A stretch of DNA of 64,000 nucleotides, taken from assembly GCA_016181405.1 (NCBI GenBank), contig JACOZJ010000002.1, positions 10,608-74,607 on the forward strand. Direction: 5' to 3'. Under the pieces are notes generated by a model that was not told the origin of the DNA, did not search any database, and worked only from the letters and a program-made list of their open reading frames with translations. The position numbers were made by a program, and so were the translations under genes. The stretch comes from Candidatus Wildermuthbacteria bacterium. GTDB taxonomy: Bacteria > Patescibacteriota > Minisyncoccia > Minisyncoccales > UBA10102. Below are positions 1 to 9,548 of the stretch, one piece after another (the stretch's first letter is position 1; each line of letters begins with the position of its first letter).

Positions 1-811
1 TGTATTCTTTGGTGCTGGTTTTTAGAAAGTCTATAGCGCCGCTAAAATCCCATCCACCCAACCCTTGGATGTCTTGGAAAAAGAAAACCGCTCCCAACCC
101 GCCCATAAACAAAAACAATAAAAATGAAAGCAGCGCCACATTCTGCCTTCCAGTTAATCTAAAGACAAAATAATAAAAAGCGCCGATAAAGAGCATTGAA
201 AAGAAAAAACCAGGGAGAACAAGCGCCCAATTGAAGTTAGCTCCGATTTTAATCAAGGCCGCAGACAGAAAGTCGGCCAAAAAAGTGTACGCGAGCGGAT
301 TCCCCGAAAAAATAGGGTCAGAAAGTACAATGTTGTCAGAATACGCAAAGTGCGACGCATACGCTGCATGCAAAGCCCAATCTCCCCAAACCCCGGCTGT
401 CCCTATGGTAGAAATGCCACCAGATGTATCGCTGAAAAAAACCGTTGGCCAGAGAGTTGCGAAGAATACAAGAGCCGCTAGTGCAAACACTAAAAACAAA
501 TTCAGCTTTTTAGTTTGCAGCCTTTTCTTAAACAAAAAAAGGTCGCTTTTTAATTGTTCTATAACTAAAGCGTACCTGGAAGCGATAAGGAGAACCGCGG
601 AGACGAAGATAAGGGATAAGAACAAGGCGACTGAAAATTTAGTGAAACCGAATAGAAAAGAAAACAAAAAGAGAACCAGAGTTTGAAAAAACGTGCCAAA
701 GGCTGTGGCCCATATGATTTTTTCCTCCAAAAACAGCTCAAATTTCAAGCGACTAATTATCGCATACCCAAAACAAAAAGCTATTGCAAAATAAAGCAGA
801 ATGACCAGCAT
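1..811 (-). CDS. Multi-pass membrane protein, probable GT-C-fold glycosyltransferase (runs off window start)
   Basis: Manual translation from ATG at 811: MLVILLYFAIAFCFG...VWGDWALHAAYASHF...PIFSGNPLAYTFLADFLSA; many hydrophobic helices; not in ORF track because it is partial. Confidence 0.75.
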   Translation of the reverse strand, partial: MLVILLYFAIAFCFGYAIISRLKFELFLEEKIIWATAFGTFFQTLVLFLFSFLFGFTKFSVALFLSLIFVSAVLLIASRYALVIEQLKSDLFLFKKRLQTKKLNLFLVFALAALVFFATLWPTVFFSDTSGGISTIGTAGVWGDWALHAAYASHFAYSDNIVLSDPIFSGNPLAYTFLADFLSAALIKIGANFNWALVLPGFFFSMLFIGAFYYFVFRLTGRQNVALLSFLLFLFMGGLGAVFFFQDIQGLGGWDFSGAIDFLKTSTKEY

Positions 812-828
812 ATCAGAAACTTTACTAC

Positions 829-902
829 TGGAGCGGGTGACGAGAATCGAACTCGCGTATCTTGCTTGGGAAGCAAGCACACTACCACTGTGTTACACCC
901 GC
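829..902 (-). tRNA. tRNA-Gly (CCC)
   Basis: GCGGGTG...CTTGCTT-CCC-AAGCAAG...GTTCGATTC...CACCCGC-TCCA; full cloverleaf with encoded CCA. Confidence 0.97.
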
Positions 903-934
903 ATTTCGTCACTCTGCTCCTCAATGTAAACTCG

Positions 935-1336
935 CTAAAACCAGCTGAAGGGGTTCCACCACACACGCTCCGTTTTCCCCTCTCCCTCGGTCGTTCCTTC
1001 TACCGTATTCTCTTCAGGAGGCAGAATCGTCACGACCTCCTCACCTTCTTTCTTATAAAGCCCTTGCTCGCGCAATATTTTCTCTTGGCGCTCTTCCAAT
1101 TGTATGTTGGCAATAGCGGCTTCCTTTGCTTGTATCTGCGCCAAATACTCATTCTCTTCTACCCGAAGCTCCTGCAATCTGCCTTCCAGTGAGGAACGCT
1201 TTTGAGCCATACTCACATTTTGGTATACAAGAAATCCGAGGACGATAAAAAGCATACCTCCAAATACCGCTCCCACCACAACATTCTCAAATCGTTTTCT
1301 TCTGCCTTTGCTAAATTTAGAATGTTCTGGTATCAT
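935..1336 (-). CDS. Septum formation initiator (FtsB/DivIC-like)
   Basis: Single TM helix, coiled coil, then E..LREQGLYKKEGE motif. Confidence 0.75.
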   Translation of the reverse strand: MIPEHSKFSKGRRKRFENVVVGAVFGGMLFIVLGFLVYQNVSMAQKRSSLEGRLQELRVEENEYLAQIQAKEAAIANIQLEERQEKILREQGLYKKEGEEVVTILPPEENTVEGTTEGEGKTERVWWNPFSWF

Positions 1337-1351
1337 AAAAGCGAGAATGTT

Positions 1352-1465
1352 ATGAAATCAAAAGTCATCATACGCGGAATCTGGATTGTCGTGGTCCTGC
1401 TCATCGTCTTCAGCATGTTCGTCTTTCTCTTGGCTCCGCTCTTCTCCGGCCCCGCCTACTTCTAG
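1352..1465 (+). CDS. 37-aa single-TM small protein
   Basis: MKSKVIIRGIWIVVVLLIVFSMFVFLLAPLFSGPAYF; fills the gap between divergent FtsB-like gene and convergent lepA; hairpin follows. Confidence 0.6.
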   Translation: MKSKVIIRGIWIVVVLLIVFSMFVFLLAPLFSGPAYF

Positions 1466-1468
1466 CCC

Positions 1469-1501
1469 GCAAGCGCATTATACGGAAAAATTGCGCTTTG
1501 C
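1469..1501. terminator. Hairpin between convergent genes
   Basis: GCAAGCGCA...TGCGCTTTGC. Confidence 0.5.
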
Positions 1502-1510
1502 TCAACCCCC

Positions 1511-3283
1511 TTACCTGCGGAATACATCCAAGAATACTTTGGAAGGAATATGCACTCGCCCCTTTGCGGCGAGTTCTTTTTTGCCCTTTTTCTGCCTTTC
1601 AAGCAATTTTCTTTTTCGCGTCACATCTCCTCCATACAAAGGAGCGGTTACGTCGCGGCGGCGCGCACGAATGGTTTCCCTCGCGATTACCCTGCCATCC
1701 GCCACCGCCTGAATGGCTACAACAAATTGCTGGGTCGGCAGCAACTCCTTGAGCTTTTCTACAATTTGTTTGCCCTCCCGATACGCTTTTTCTCTTGAAA
1801 CAATCTGCGTAAATGCCTCCTCTTTCTGGCCCGCGATATGGATTTCAAGCTTCACTAAGTTCGCGGGCCTCCAATCTGCGATTTGATAATCCATAGAAGC
1901 CATGCCCTGCGTGGCGCTTTTGAGTCTATCGTAAAAATCAATCACTATTTCCCGAAGGGGCGTTTCGAATATTACCGAAAGGGCATGTTCGGAGATGTTG
2001 ATGGTTTCCAGCAAATTTCCTTCCAACTGTCCCAGTAGCTGCACCACTTGCGAATAATAGGACGCTGGCGTCACAATTTCCAGCCACACCCAAGGCTCTT
2101 TTACCGACTGAATATTCTGTTCGGGCCATGCCGCCGCGGTTTTGATGGAAAGCTCCCTACCCTTGGGATCCGTGATCCTGAACTCCACCGACGGCCGCGA
2201 AATTACCAATGGCACCTGATACTCTCTCTGGAGACGCTCTGAAATTATTTCCGAGTGCAGCACGCCCAAAAATCCGCACCTGAATCCCCTACCAAGGGCT
2301 TCGTGAGATTCCGGCTCGTACTCAAACGAAGGATCGTTGAGTTTAAGTTTCGCAATCGCGTCTTCCAGCACATCAAAATCCTGGGGGTCTTGCGGATAAA
2401 AACTTACGAACACCACTGGCTTTGAAGGCGCATACCCTTCTAACGCGTCTACCGACGAGTTTTGCGCCAGCGTAATAGTGTCTCCAATACGCACCGTATC
2501 AGATTCTTTCAGGCCAGTAGCGATATATCCTATTTGCCCGGCGCGCAATTCTTCATCGGCAGCCTCTTTGGGCGTAAAATGCCCAACCTCTTTTGCCACC
2601 GCTTTTGCCCTTGCTGCTTTCAAGAACAAGGGATCGTTCGTTTTTACTACGCCTTCCACCACACGCACATATGCCACTACTCCTTTAAAAGCGTCAAAAT
2701 GCGAATCGAACACCAACGCGCGCAACGGCTTGCTTCCTTCTTCTTTTGCCGGGGGCACGCGCGCGATTACTGTTCGCAATAATTCCTCCACATTTTGTCC
2801 GGTTTTCGCGGAAATGCGCAAAATCTCGCGCTCATCAATCTTGAGCAGGTCCACAATGGATCGTACAACCTCGTCCACACGGGCAGAAGGCAGATCAATT
2901 TTGTTTACTGCCGGAATAATGGTAAGCCCCTCTTCTCTGGCAAGCTTGAGGTTAGCCAATGTTTGCGCCTGCACCCCCTTAGTTGCGTCAACCAGCAAAA
3001 TAGCGCCTTCCACCGCAGCAAGCGAACGCGAAACCTCGTAGCTGAAATCCGCGTGCCCGGGAGTATCTATGAGGTTCAAGACATATTCTCTATACTTTAG
3101 CCGTATCGGCTGAAGCTTTATGGTAATCCCCTTCTCCCGCTCCAAATCCATCTGATCCAAAAACTGCTCTTTCATTTGCCGCTTCTCTACGGCTCCGGTC
3201 AATTCCAAAAACCGGTCCGCAAGCGTCGACTTCCCATGGTCGATATGCGCGATTATCACAAAATTTCGAATATTATTTGCCAT
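1511..3283 (-). CDS. lepA: Translation elongation factor 4 (LepA)
   Basis: MANNIRNFVIIAHIDHGKSTLADR, LNLIDTPGHADF, C-terminal YGGDVTRKRKLLE. Confidence 0.97.
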   Translation of the reverse strand: MANNIRNFVIIAHIDHGKSTLADRFLELTGAVEKRQMKEQFLDQMDLEREKGITIKLQPIRLKYREYVLNLIDTPGHADFSYEVSRSLAAVEGAILLVDATKGVQAQTLANLKLAREEGLTIIPAVNKIDLPSARVDEVVRSIVDLLKIDEREILRISAKTGQNVEELLRTVIARVPPAKEEGSKPLRALVFDSHFDAFKGVVAYVRVVEGVVKTNDPLFLKAARAKAVAKEVGHFTPKEAADEELRAGQIGYIATGLKESDTVRIGDTITLAQNSSVDALEGYAPSKPVVFVSFYPQDPQDFDVLEDAIAKLKLNDPSFEYEPESHEALGRGFRCGFLGVLHSEIISERLQREYQVPLVISRPSVEFRITDPKGRELSIKTAAAWPEQNIQSVKEPWVWLEIVTPASYYSQVVQLLGQLEGNLLETINISEHALSVIFETPLREIVIDFYDRLKSATQGMASMDYQIADWRPANLVKLEIHIAGQKEEAFTQIVSREKAYREGKQIVEKLKELLPTQQFVVAIQAVADGRVIARETIRARRRDVTAPLYGGDVTRKRKLLERQKKGKKELAAKGRVHIPSKVFLDVFRR

Positions 3284-4919
3284 AAAGTTTTGCCGTGAGT
3301 ATCTTCCAAAAATGGAGTGCTTCGCGAGAACCAAGCACAAAGGCGGCGGCAATAAAGGTGAGGGCGCCGGCGAAACCCGCAAGCAGAAATTGAGTGAGCA
3401 CACGCAGATACGTTTCCAGCGGGAATGGATTTCCGTAGAGATACAACACTCCGTAAGTGACAATCCCGGCCGTGAAAGCGGCAAGCGCGGTTTTCGTCAA
3501 AGAAACAAAAAATTCCTTTCCGAACATATCCCGTATCCTTCGCGCCAGCAGCAAGCTAAGCAGTCCCAGCTGAAATACGCCGGCAATGACAAACGCCAGA
3601 GGCAAAGCGAGAATGCGCACGTCTTCAATCCCTCCCAGCCGCAAGAAAGAAACAAAAAACTGTGAGAAGGCATTTGAAGAAGCAAACACCTGAATGAGAA
3701 AAAGCGCCGAAACGATATTTAACGCGACCGAAGCAATACTTGCTAGAGTAGGGGTTTTCGTATCCTGAAGCGCAAAGAATGCCCGTACAAAGAGCGGGAT
3801 TACGGCATAAAAGATAATGCCAAATGCGAATATCCCCAGCACGGCCGCGGTGAGCCGTGTTTCATCCCAACCAAACCGATCTCCAGCTCCGTAAATAAGG
3901 CGCACAATTTGCGCCCGCAAGAGAAAAATTAAAACAGAAAAGGGCAAAACAAAAAACAGAACACCAGCGGCGGTTTTTGCAAAAGCCTGCCGCAATCTGC
4001 CAAATTCCTGTTGCGCTGCAAACCGCGCGAACACAGGGAAAGCAGCTAGCGCGAAAGAAACGCCAATCAATCCAGCAGGTAATTGCTGAATAGTATTGGC
4101 ATATTCAAAAATCGTAATGCTTCCCCCAGCAATAAGGGAAGCCAATGCCGTAATAACAATGGCATTTATGTAGGAGCTAGCCGCAGCAATGGTGCGGGGG
4201 AACGCGAGTACTGTTGCCTTTTTGACAGAAGCATCTTTGAAATTCCACAGCGGTTGCCACGAAAATCCTACCTTCCGCACGGCAGGCGCTTGTACAAGAA
4301 CATGCAGGAAAGCCCCTATAACAACCCCGACGGCCACTCCCCATATACCCCAGAGCGGCGCCAAGAAAATAATTCCTAAAATAATTCCGATATTATAAAG
4401 AATAGGGGCAAGAGCGTAAACGAAAAACCTCTGAAAATAATGAAGCACACCCGAAAACACCGCAGATATCCCAAATAGCAAAGGGCTTAAAAGCATGAGT
4501 CGTGTGAGGCTGGCAGTCGTTTCCAGTTGCGAAGAAGAAAACCCGGGCGCCACAAACGAGATAAGTTGGGGCGCAAACAGAAAGACAAAAACGGCGAATG
4601 CTAGGAGAAAGACAATAATAATATTTAAAAGATTACTCGCGAATTTCCACGCACCCTGCGGGCTTCGCTCCATCTGCTCAGCAAACATAGGAAGAAAAAT
4701 CGCGGAAATCCCGCCCATAATAAGAATGCCGTAGAGAAGATCCGGGATTCGAAACGCCGCAAAGTACATATCAGTAGCTTCACTCGCGCCAAATCGCCAA
4801 GAAAGCAATCCATTTCGCGCAAACCCAAGAATTCCGCTTATAAGCGAAGAAATGAAGAGAATGCCTGCCGCGGAGGCTATGGTTTTGGACTGGCTATTAA
4901 ACAGCTTGGAAACAGTCAT
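3273..4919 (-). CDS. murJ: Lipid II flippase MurJ (MviN)
   Basis: ILGFARN..., FAAFRIPD, FFALQDTKTP motifs; start MTVSK at 4919. Confidence 0.92.
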   Translation of the reverse strand: MTVSKLFNSQSKTIASAAGILFISSLISGILGFARNGLLSWRFGASEATDMYFAAFRIPDLLYGILIMGGISAIFLPMFAEQMERSPQGAWKFASNLLNIIIVFLLAFAVFVFLFAPQLISFVAPGFSSSQLETTASLTRLMLLSPLLFGISAVFSGVLHYFQRFFVYALAPILYNIGIILGIIFLAPLWGIWGVAVGVVIGAFLHVLVQAPAVRKVGFSWQPLWNFKDASVKKATVLAFPRTIAAASSYINAIVITALASLIAGGSITIFEYANTIQQLPAGLIGVSFALAAFPVFARFAAQQEFGRLRQAFAKTAAGVLFFVLPFSVLIFLLRAQIVRLIYGAGDRFGWDETRLTAAVLGIFAFGIIFYAVIPLFVRAFFALQDTKTPTLASIASVALNIVSALFLIQVFASSNAFSQFFVSFLRLGGIEDVRILALPLAFVIAGVFQLGLLSLLLARRIRDMFGKEFFVSLTKTALAAFTAGIVTYGVLYLYGNPFPLETYLRVLTQFLLAGFAGALTFIAAAFVLGSREALHFWKILTAKLYGK

Positions 4920-4946
4920 CTGTCTATTATACCTATATTTTGCTTC

Positions 4947-4975
4947 TTGACAAATCCAAAAAGCATTGGTAAAAT
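4947..4975 (+). promoter_or_regulatory. Sigma70 promoter of rnpB, overlapping the divergent murJ promoter
   Basis: TTGACA-17-TAAAAT; minus-strand TATAAT at 4926-4931. Confidence 0.8.
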
Positions 4976-4981
4976 AACCCT

Positions 4982-5393
4982 GTCGGAGGAAGTTAGGCAA
5001 TCGCTCCCCGCCTCTTCGGTGGGGGGAGGAAAGTCCGAACACTCTCCGCCCGCAAGGGCGGATAAACTACTCCGGGTAACACCCGGCCGCCGCAAGGCGA
5101 GCGGTGCGAACAGAGACGAGCCCGCCAACATCTGATGAAGTTGTGGCGGGGTGAAACGGCTAAATCCGTGTAGGGTGCAAGAGTAAACCCTTCGGCAAGT
5201 CTCAGGGTAAACCCCTACAGAAAATTTATGTTTTCTGGGGCCTGTCCCGAGCTTGTCGAGGGATGAAAAGTGACTCGCTATTGTCCTGAGAGAAATCGAA
5301 GGGCTTGATCCTTCCTGGTAACAGGTTGGACAGATAGATGATTGCCTCCGCCGATGAGGCGGAACAGAATTCGGCTTATAGGCTTCCTCCGAC
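4982..5393 (+). ncRNA. rnpB: RNase P RNA
   Basis: GAGGAAAGTCCGAAC, ACAGAGAC, GTGAAACGG, ACAGAATTCGGCTTAT; terminal stem GTCGGAGGAAG/CTTCCTCCGAC. Confidence 0.95.
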
Positions 5394-5395
5394 AC

Positions 5396-5423
5396 AAAAA
5401 ATCCACCGTCAAGGTGGGTTTTT
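5396..5423. terminator. Bidirectional terminator
   Basis: AAAAAATCCACC-GTCAA-GGTGGGTTTTT. Confidence 0.8.
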
Positions 5424-5426
5424 CGT

Positions 5427-5473
5427 TAGAAAAGTCTTTGAGTTTTGGCACGGGAGTCGAGAGCCTGGTTCAC
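5427..5473. repeat. 47-bp exact direct repeat, copy 1 (duplicate of rnhA 3' end)
   Basis: TAGAAAAGTCTTTGAGTTTTGGCACGGGAGTCGAGAGCCTGGTTCAC, identical to 6852-6898. Confidence 0.95.
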
Positions 5474-6831
5474 TGTTTGATTCGATACAACGAAACGGAA
5501 TTCCCCCACCAAAGAACAAGCTTTCCTTTTTCGCGTACGAATACGGCGCGCTCGCCTATGTTATCAAATTTGTTCGTTTTTTCTATGCGGAACTCATTCC
5601 TGCCTAACGGCGCAAGCATCGCGGGCGATTCTTCAAGATCCTCAAAAGGACCTTGGGCAAAAAGTTTTTCCCCAAATTGCACCACAGCAATATCTCCCCA
5701 TCTCCCCCGGTAATACCCCTCAAATCTCCGAAAGTTTTCTGTTTCATCAGGCTTATTCTGCTTATCTTCCATCGCATGGCTAAACACATTATGAATAGTA
5801 AAAGCAATCTGGCTCACGAATACTTCAATACTATTGGTGAGAATAATCGTACTCACCCTGTTTACCGGGTCAATCAAAAGATGCGTAGAAAAACCTTGAA
5901 ACATCCCTTCATGCCCATAGAATGTCCTGCTGTTCTTCTGGGAAATAATAATGCCCAGGCCATAGAAACGATCTCGATTGTCTCCGGTGCGCGCCTGAAT
6001 GCGTTTCATCTCCCTCTTTGACTTTTTCCCAAGAATTCCCACACTATCTCTTTCGTCCGCGAGAAAAACAGCGAACCTCGCGAGGTCTTTAACATTTGTC
6101 GCAACACCCGCAGCTGCGGCAAACGCGTTAGTTTTAACTCGAGAAAATTTCGCCCTCTTCTTTATACCGGGAATAAAACGGCCGTATCCGGAAGCTAAAT
6201 CTCTCGTTGATTTTTGAACATCCGCCGTGCTCGCGACCATACCAAGCGGCCTAAAAATATGGTGTTCAATGTACTTAGTATACTCCATTCCGCTGACCGC
6301 CTGGATAACTTCTCCAAGAAGCGCGAAAGCAAAGTTGGAATACTTAAATTGTTCGTGAGCATCAAAGGTAAGCGTTTCTTTGGAAAGAAGCTCCTTCAGT
6401 TTTGCGGAATTAGGAAAATGGTCATCCACCCATTGATGATGCTCTCCATCTCGAAACATCCCTGAAGTATGGGAAAGCGCCTGTCGAATGGTAATATCCT
6501 TTGAGCTCCTCCTCCCGCACTTTACCTGAAACCAAGGAAGGTAGGAAATAATGGCATCATCAAGATGTAGCTTCTTTCCCTCCGCCAACTGCAATATTGC
6601 TACCGCGGTGAACATTTTTGAAATGGAAGCTACACGGTAGCTTGTTTCCGGCTTTGTCCGCACTTTCCTCTCAACGTCCGCAAAGCCGTATCCCCTCTGG
6701 AGGACGAGCTCTCCATCCAACACTACCCCAAGGGAAAGACCGGGAACATGCTCATAATTCATGCGCTGAGGTAGCCAGAAATCAAGGAAACGTGAGAGCG
6801 AAGCTATTTTTCTCTTTTGACCCTGTTTCAT
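5470..6831 (-). CDS. Serine hydrolase, beta-lactamase class C-like family
   Basis: SISK (SxxK), YSN and HEG motifs; start MKQGQ at 6831. Confidence 0.9.
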   Translation of the reverse strand: MKQGQKRKIASLSRFLDFWLPQRMNYEHVPGLSLGVVLDGELVLQRGYGFADVERKVRTKPETSYRVASISKMFTAVAILQLAEGKKLHLDDAIISYLPWFQVKCGRRSSKDITIRQALSHTSGMFRDGEHHQWVDDHFPNSAKLKELLSKETLTFDAHEQFKYSNFAFALLGEVIQAVSGMEYTKYIEHHIFRPLGMVASTADVQKSTRDLASGYGRFIPGIKKRAKFSRVKTNAFAAAAGVATNVKDLARFAVFLADERDSVGILGKKSKREMKRIQARTGDNRDRFYGLGIIISQKNSRTFYGHEGMFQGFSTHLLIDPVNRVSTIILTNSIEVFVSQIAFTIHNVFSHAMEDKQNKPDETENFRRFEGYYRGRWGDIAVVQFGEKLFAQGPFEDLEESPAMLAPLGRNEFRIEKTNKFDNIGERAVFVREKGKLVLWWGNSVSLYRIKQ

Positions 6832-6850
6832 ACACAGTAAACTAAATACA

Positions 6851-7291
6851 CTAGAAAAGTCTTTGAGTTTTGGCACGGGAGTCGAGAGCCTGGTTCACGA
6901 GCCGATCGGCGGCCTTATTTTGCTCTCGGGGCACAGCTTGAAATCTTATCTCGCCAAAATCTAATTTAAGATTCCAAAGTTCAAGGAAAAATTTCTGGAT
7001 ACCCGCGTTCTCGATTTTATACTGACCGTTCATTTGTTTTACTAAAAGTTCCGAGTCTGCGAGTATGCGCACCTGCGATTTTTTTGCCTCGGCTTTCCCC
7101 GCAAGCGCTTTGAGTTTTTTGAGAGCCGTAATAGCCGCACGATATTCCGCCTCATTATTTGTAGTTTCACCAATATACTCTGAAATCTCTTTCAGAATGC
7201 TCCCCTGCTCATTTTCTATAACAGCACCAATGGCGGCAGGCCCGGGATTGCCTCTCGCTCCCCCATCAGTACGGATAATAAACGTTTTCAT
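6851..7291 (-). CDS. rnhA: Ribonuclease HI family
   Basis: TDGGARGNPGPA, TNNEAEY, DSELLV, PREQNKAAD. Confidence 0.93.
   Translation of the reverse strand: MKTFIIRTDGGARGNPGPAAIGAVIENEQGSILKEISEYIGETTNNEAEYRAAITALKKLKALAGKAEAKKSQVRILADSELLVKQMNGQYKIENAGIQKFFLELWNLKLDFGEIRFQAVPREQNKAADRLVNQALDSRAKTQRLF
6852..6898. repeat. 47-bp exact direct repeat, copy 2 (within rnhA)
   Basis: Identical to 5427-5473. Confidence 0.95.
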
Positions 7292-8445
7292 TTTTTATTC
7301 TTCTGGAAGTATTCGTATAAACAGCGCTTCACGCCTTCTTCTTTTTCGATACTCGTCTGGAAACCGGATGCCTGCGGATGTCCACCGTAGGTTTCCAAAA
7401 ATTTATCGCACGCCTGCATTGCCTTTACGGTATCATAGCCTGCAGGCGCACGCACACTTCCCAAAATATCCTTTTTACTTTTCCGGTAAATAAAGGCAGG
7501 CTTGTTTGTTTCCTGCGAGATAATAGAAGATACCGAGCCCAGAAGCATATACTCAAATTTCTCGTCTCCCTCAAACACCAAAGGATCGGTTTTCTTATGA
7601 AAAATACGCATACGCACTTCATCGGTAGCTCTGTCGACTTGTTCTCTGCGAATTTTATTTTTCTCCGCGAAAGTCTCAACCATATGCTTAGCCTTCGGCA
7701 AAGAAGGACATGAGAGAAGACGAAACGCGCCGGGTTCGCGCTTTCTGGTATCACGAACATTCAGTATGGATATCATCTGTTGTACCCTACCCTCCAAGGG
7801 CGCATCTGACCCAAAAATATCAGACTCCAAAAGTGCCCGGACGCCGGGCCGCCAAGAATACGGAAGAGCATCCATACCCTCTCGGATAATTTGCACATTG
7901 TCCTGTTCCCGTGCCATCATGTCGGCTATTGTACCCAGTGCCGCAAGCTCCACCATACTTTGATAAAGCGTATCTGACATTTTTTTGCCCAAGAGCGTTT
8001 TGGCAAGCTGCAGCGACAATCCGCACGCCGCAAATTCTTTGAAAGGATACTTGTCCCCTGGCTGTTTGGGATCCACAATAATGTCTGCTTTAGGCAACTT
8101 ATCTAACACTTTATGATGATCCACCACTATGACGGAAAACCCAAGTTTTTTTGCCATAGGAATCTCCTTAAAATTTGAAATCCCCAAATCAAACGTAACG
8201 AGCACTCCGGGCGCGTACTGCTTGAGATACTCCAGCGCTTTTGTTGTTACGCCGTATCCTTCTTTCTCACGCTCCGGAAAGTAGTACGCCACCACATTCC
8301 CGCCCAAACTCTTAATCGCCTCTTGTGCAATAAGCACGGCAGTCACCCCATCCAAATCCGCGTCGCCATATAAAATAATGCGCTCTCCTTGAGCGACCGC
8401 TTTTTTAATTCTATTCGCCGCTTTTGTAAGATTTTTTATTTTCAT
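7288..8445 (-). CDS. DHH/DHHA1 phosphoesterase, RecJ-like (short)
   Basis: YGDADLDG, VDHH, LGTIAD, GGHPQASG. Confidence 0.88.
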   Translation of the reverse strand: MKIKNLTKAANRIKKAVAQGERIILYGDADLDGVTAVLIAQEAIKSLGGNVVAYYFPEREKEGYGVTTKALEYLKQYAPGVLVTFDLGISNFKEIPMAKKLGFSVIVVDHHKVLDKLPKADIIVDPKQPGDKYPFKEFAACGLSLQLAKTLLGKKMSDTLYQSMVELAALGTIADMMAREQDNVQIIREGMDALPYSWRPGVRALLESDIFGSDAPLEGRVQQMISILNVRDTRKREPGAFRLLSCPSLPKAKHMVETFAEKNKIRREQVDRATDEVRMRIFHKKTDPLVFEGDEKFEYMLLGSVSSIISQETNKPAFIYRKSKKDILGSVRAPAGYDTVKAMQACDKFLETYGGHPQASGFQTSIEKEEGVKRCLYEYFQKNKK

Positions 8446-9548
8446 ATTTCCAGTGCCTTTAACCCGGGGAGCTCCTCGCCGGATAAGAATGCGAGCATGG
8501 CGCTGCCGCCTGTGGATACGTGGCTAAATTTATCCCGCAGGCCGTGCGTATCAAGGAATCCAACAAGATCTCCGCCGCCAACAACAGAAAACGCACCAGA
8601 CGCGATAATGGCTTTGGCTACCGCCAAAGAACCTTTTGCATATTCTTCTTCCTCGGCTTTTCCCAAAGGGCCTGTCCAAAATACTGTTTTTGCTTTGGCT
8701 ATTTTTGCCGCATATAGTTTAACAGTTTCTGGCCCGATATCCAACGCCTGCTCTTGGGAAGGAATTCCATCTGCTGGCCCAACGATTTTTTCTCTTCCTT
8801 TTGGAGCAAGATTTTTTGATTGGATTTCGTTGAATACGGGGTTGCCGACGAGTACCTCGTCGGCAAGCTGGCACATTTCTTCAAGAAAATGTGTTTTCGA
8901 CTCTATTTTTGTACCGCCAATAATAACAACGACCGGACGCGTAGGATCTTTGACAACTTTTCCAAGTGCCTCAACTTCTTTCTCCAGCAGCAAACCTGCG
9001 GCCGAAGGCAAAAACTTTGGTATGCCTACAAGTGAAGCATGCGCCCTGTGGTTCACGGAAAATGCCTCATTAATATACACCTCCCCCAAGCTCGCCAAAA
9101 GTTTCGCGAATGCAGGATCATTTTCTTCCTCGCCCTTGTAAAAACGAATATTCTCCAGGAGTACTACATCTCCCGGCTTCATCATCTCTATCTGCTTTTC
9201 TGCTTTTTCTCCAATAGGGTCTTCGATAAATGTAATTTTTTGATTCAGTAATTGCTGCAACCTTTGTGCAATTGGTTTTAAACTTTCTTCTTTTTGAATT
9301 TGAGATCTGCTTGGGATTTGTGATTTGGAGTTTGAGGTTTCCCCGATTTGAAAAATCGTGGTTGGTCTCCCCAAATGCGCGAGCAAAATTACTTTTGCGC
9401 CCCGCTCTCTGGCATACTGAATGGTTTGCATGCTCTCTTGAATGCGAAAATCATCAACAATATTTCCTTGCTCGTCGAGCGGAACATTAAAATCGCATCG
9501 CACCAATACCCGTTTGCCCTCCAATTGAAAATCCCGAAGCGATTTCAT
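8442..9548 (-). CDS. pgk: Phosphoglycerate kinase (compact)
   Basis: RCDFNVP, HLGRP, LLENIRF, DIGPET, STGGSAML. Confidence 0.93.
   Translation of the reverse strand: MKSLRDFQLEGKRVLVRCDFNVPLDEQGNIVDDFRIQESMQTIQYARERGAKVILLAHLGRPTTIFQIGETSNSKSQIPSRSQIQKEESLKPIAQRLQQLLNQKITFIEDPIGEKAEKQIEMMKPGDVVLLENIRFYKGEEENDPAFAKLLASLGEVYINEAFSVNHRAHASLVGIPKFLPSAAGLLLEKEVEALGKVVKDPTRPVVVIIGGTKIESKTHFLEEMCQLADEVLVGNPVFNEIQSKNLAPKGREKIVGPADGIPSQEQALDIGPETVKLYAAKIAKAKTVFWTGPLGKAEEEEYAKGSLAVAKAIIASGAFSVVGGGDLVGFLDTHGLRDKFSHVSTGGSAMLAFLSGEELPGLKALEI

Noticed and set aside
1511..5042. Long N-terminal extensions given for lepA, murJ and others (also secD, murB, rfbH)
   Set aside because: They run into neighbouring genes, rnpB or promoters; internal ATGs match family starts.
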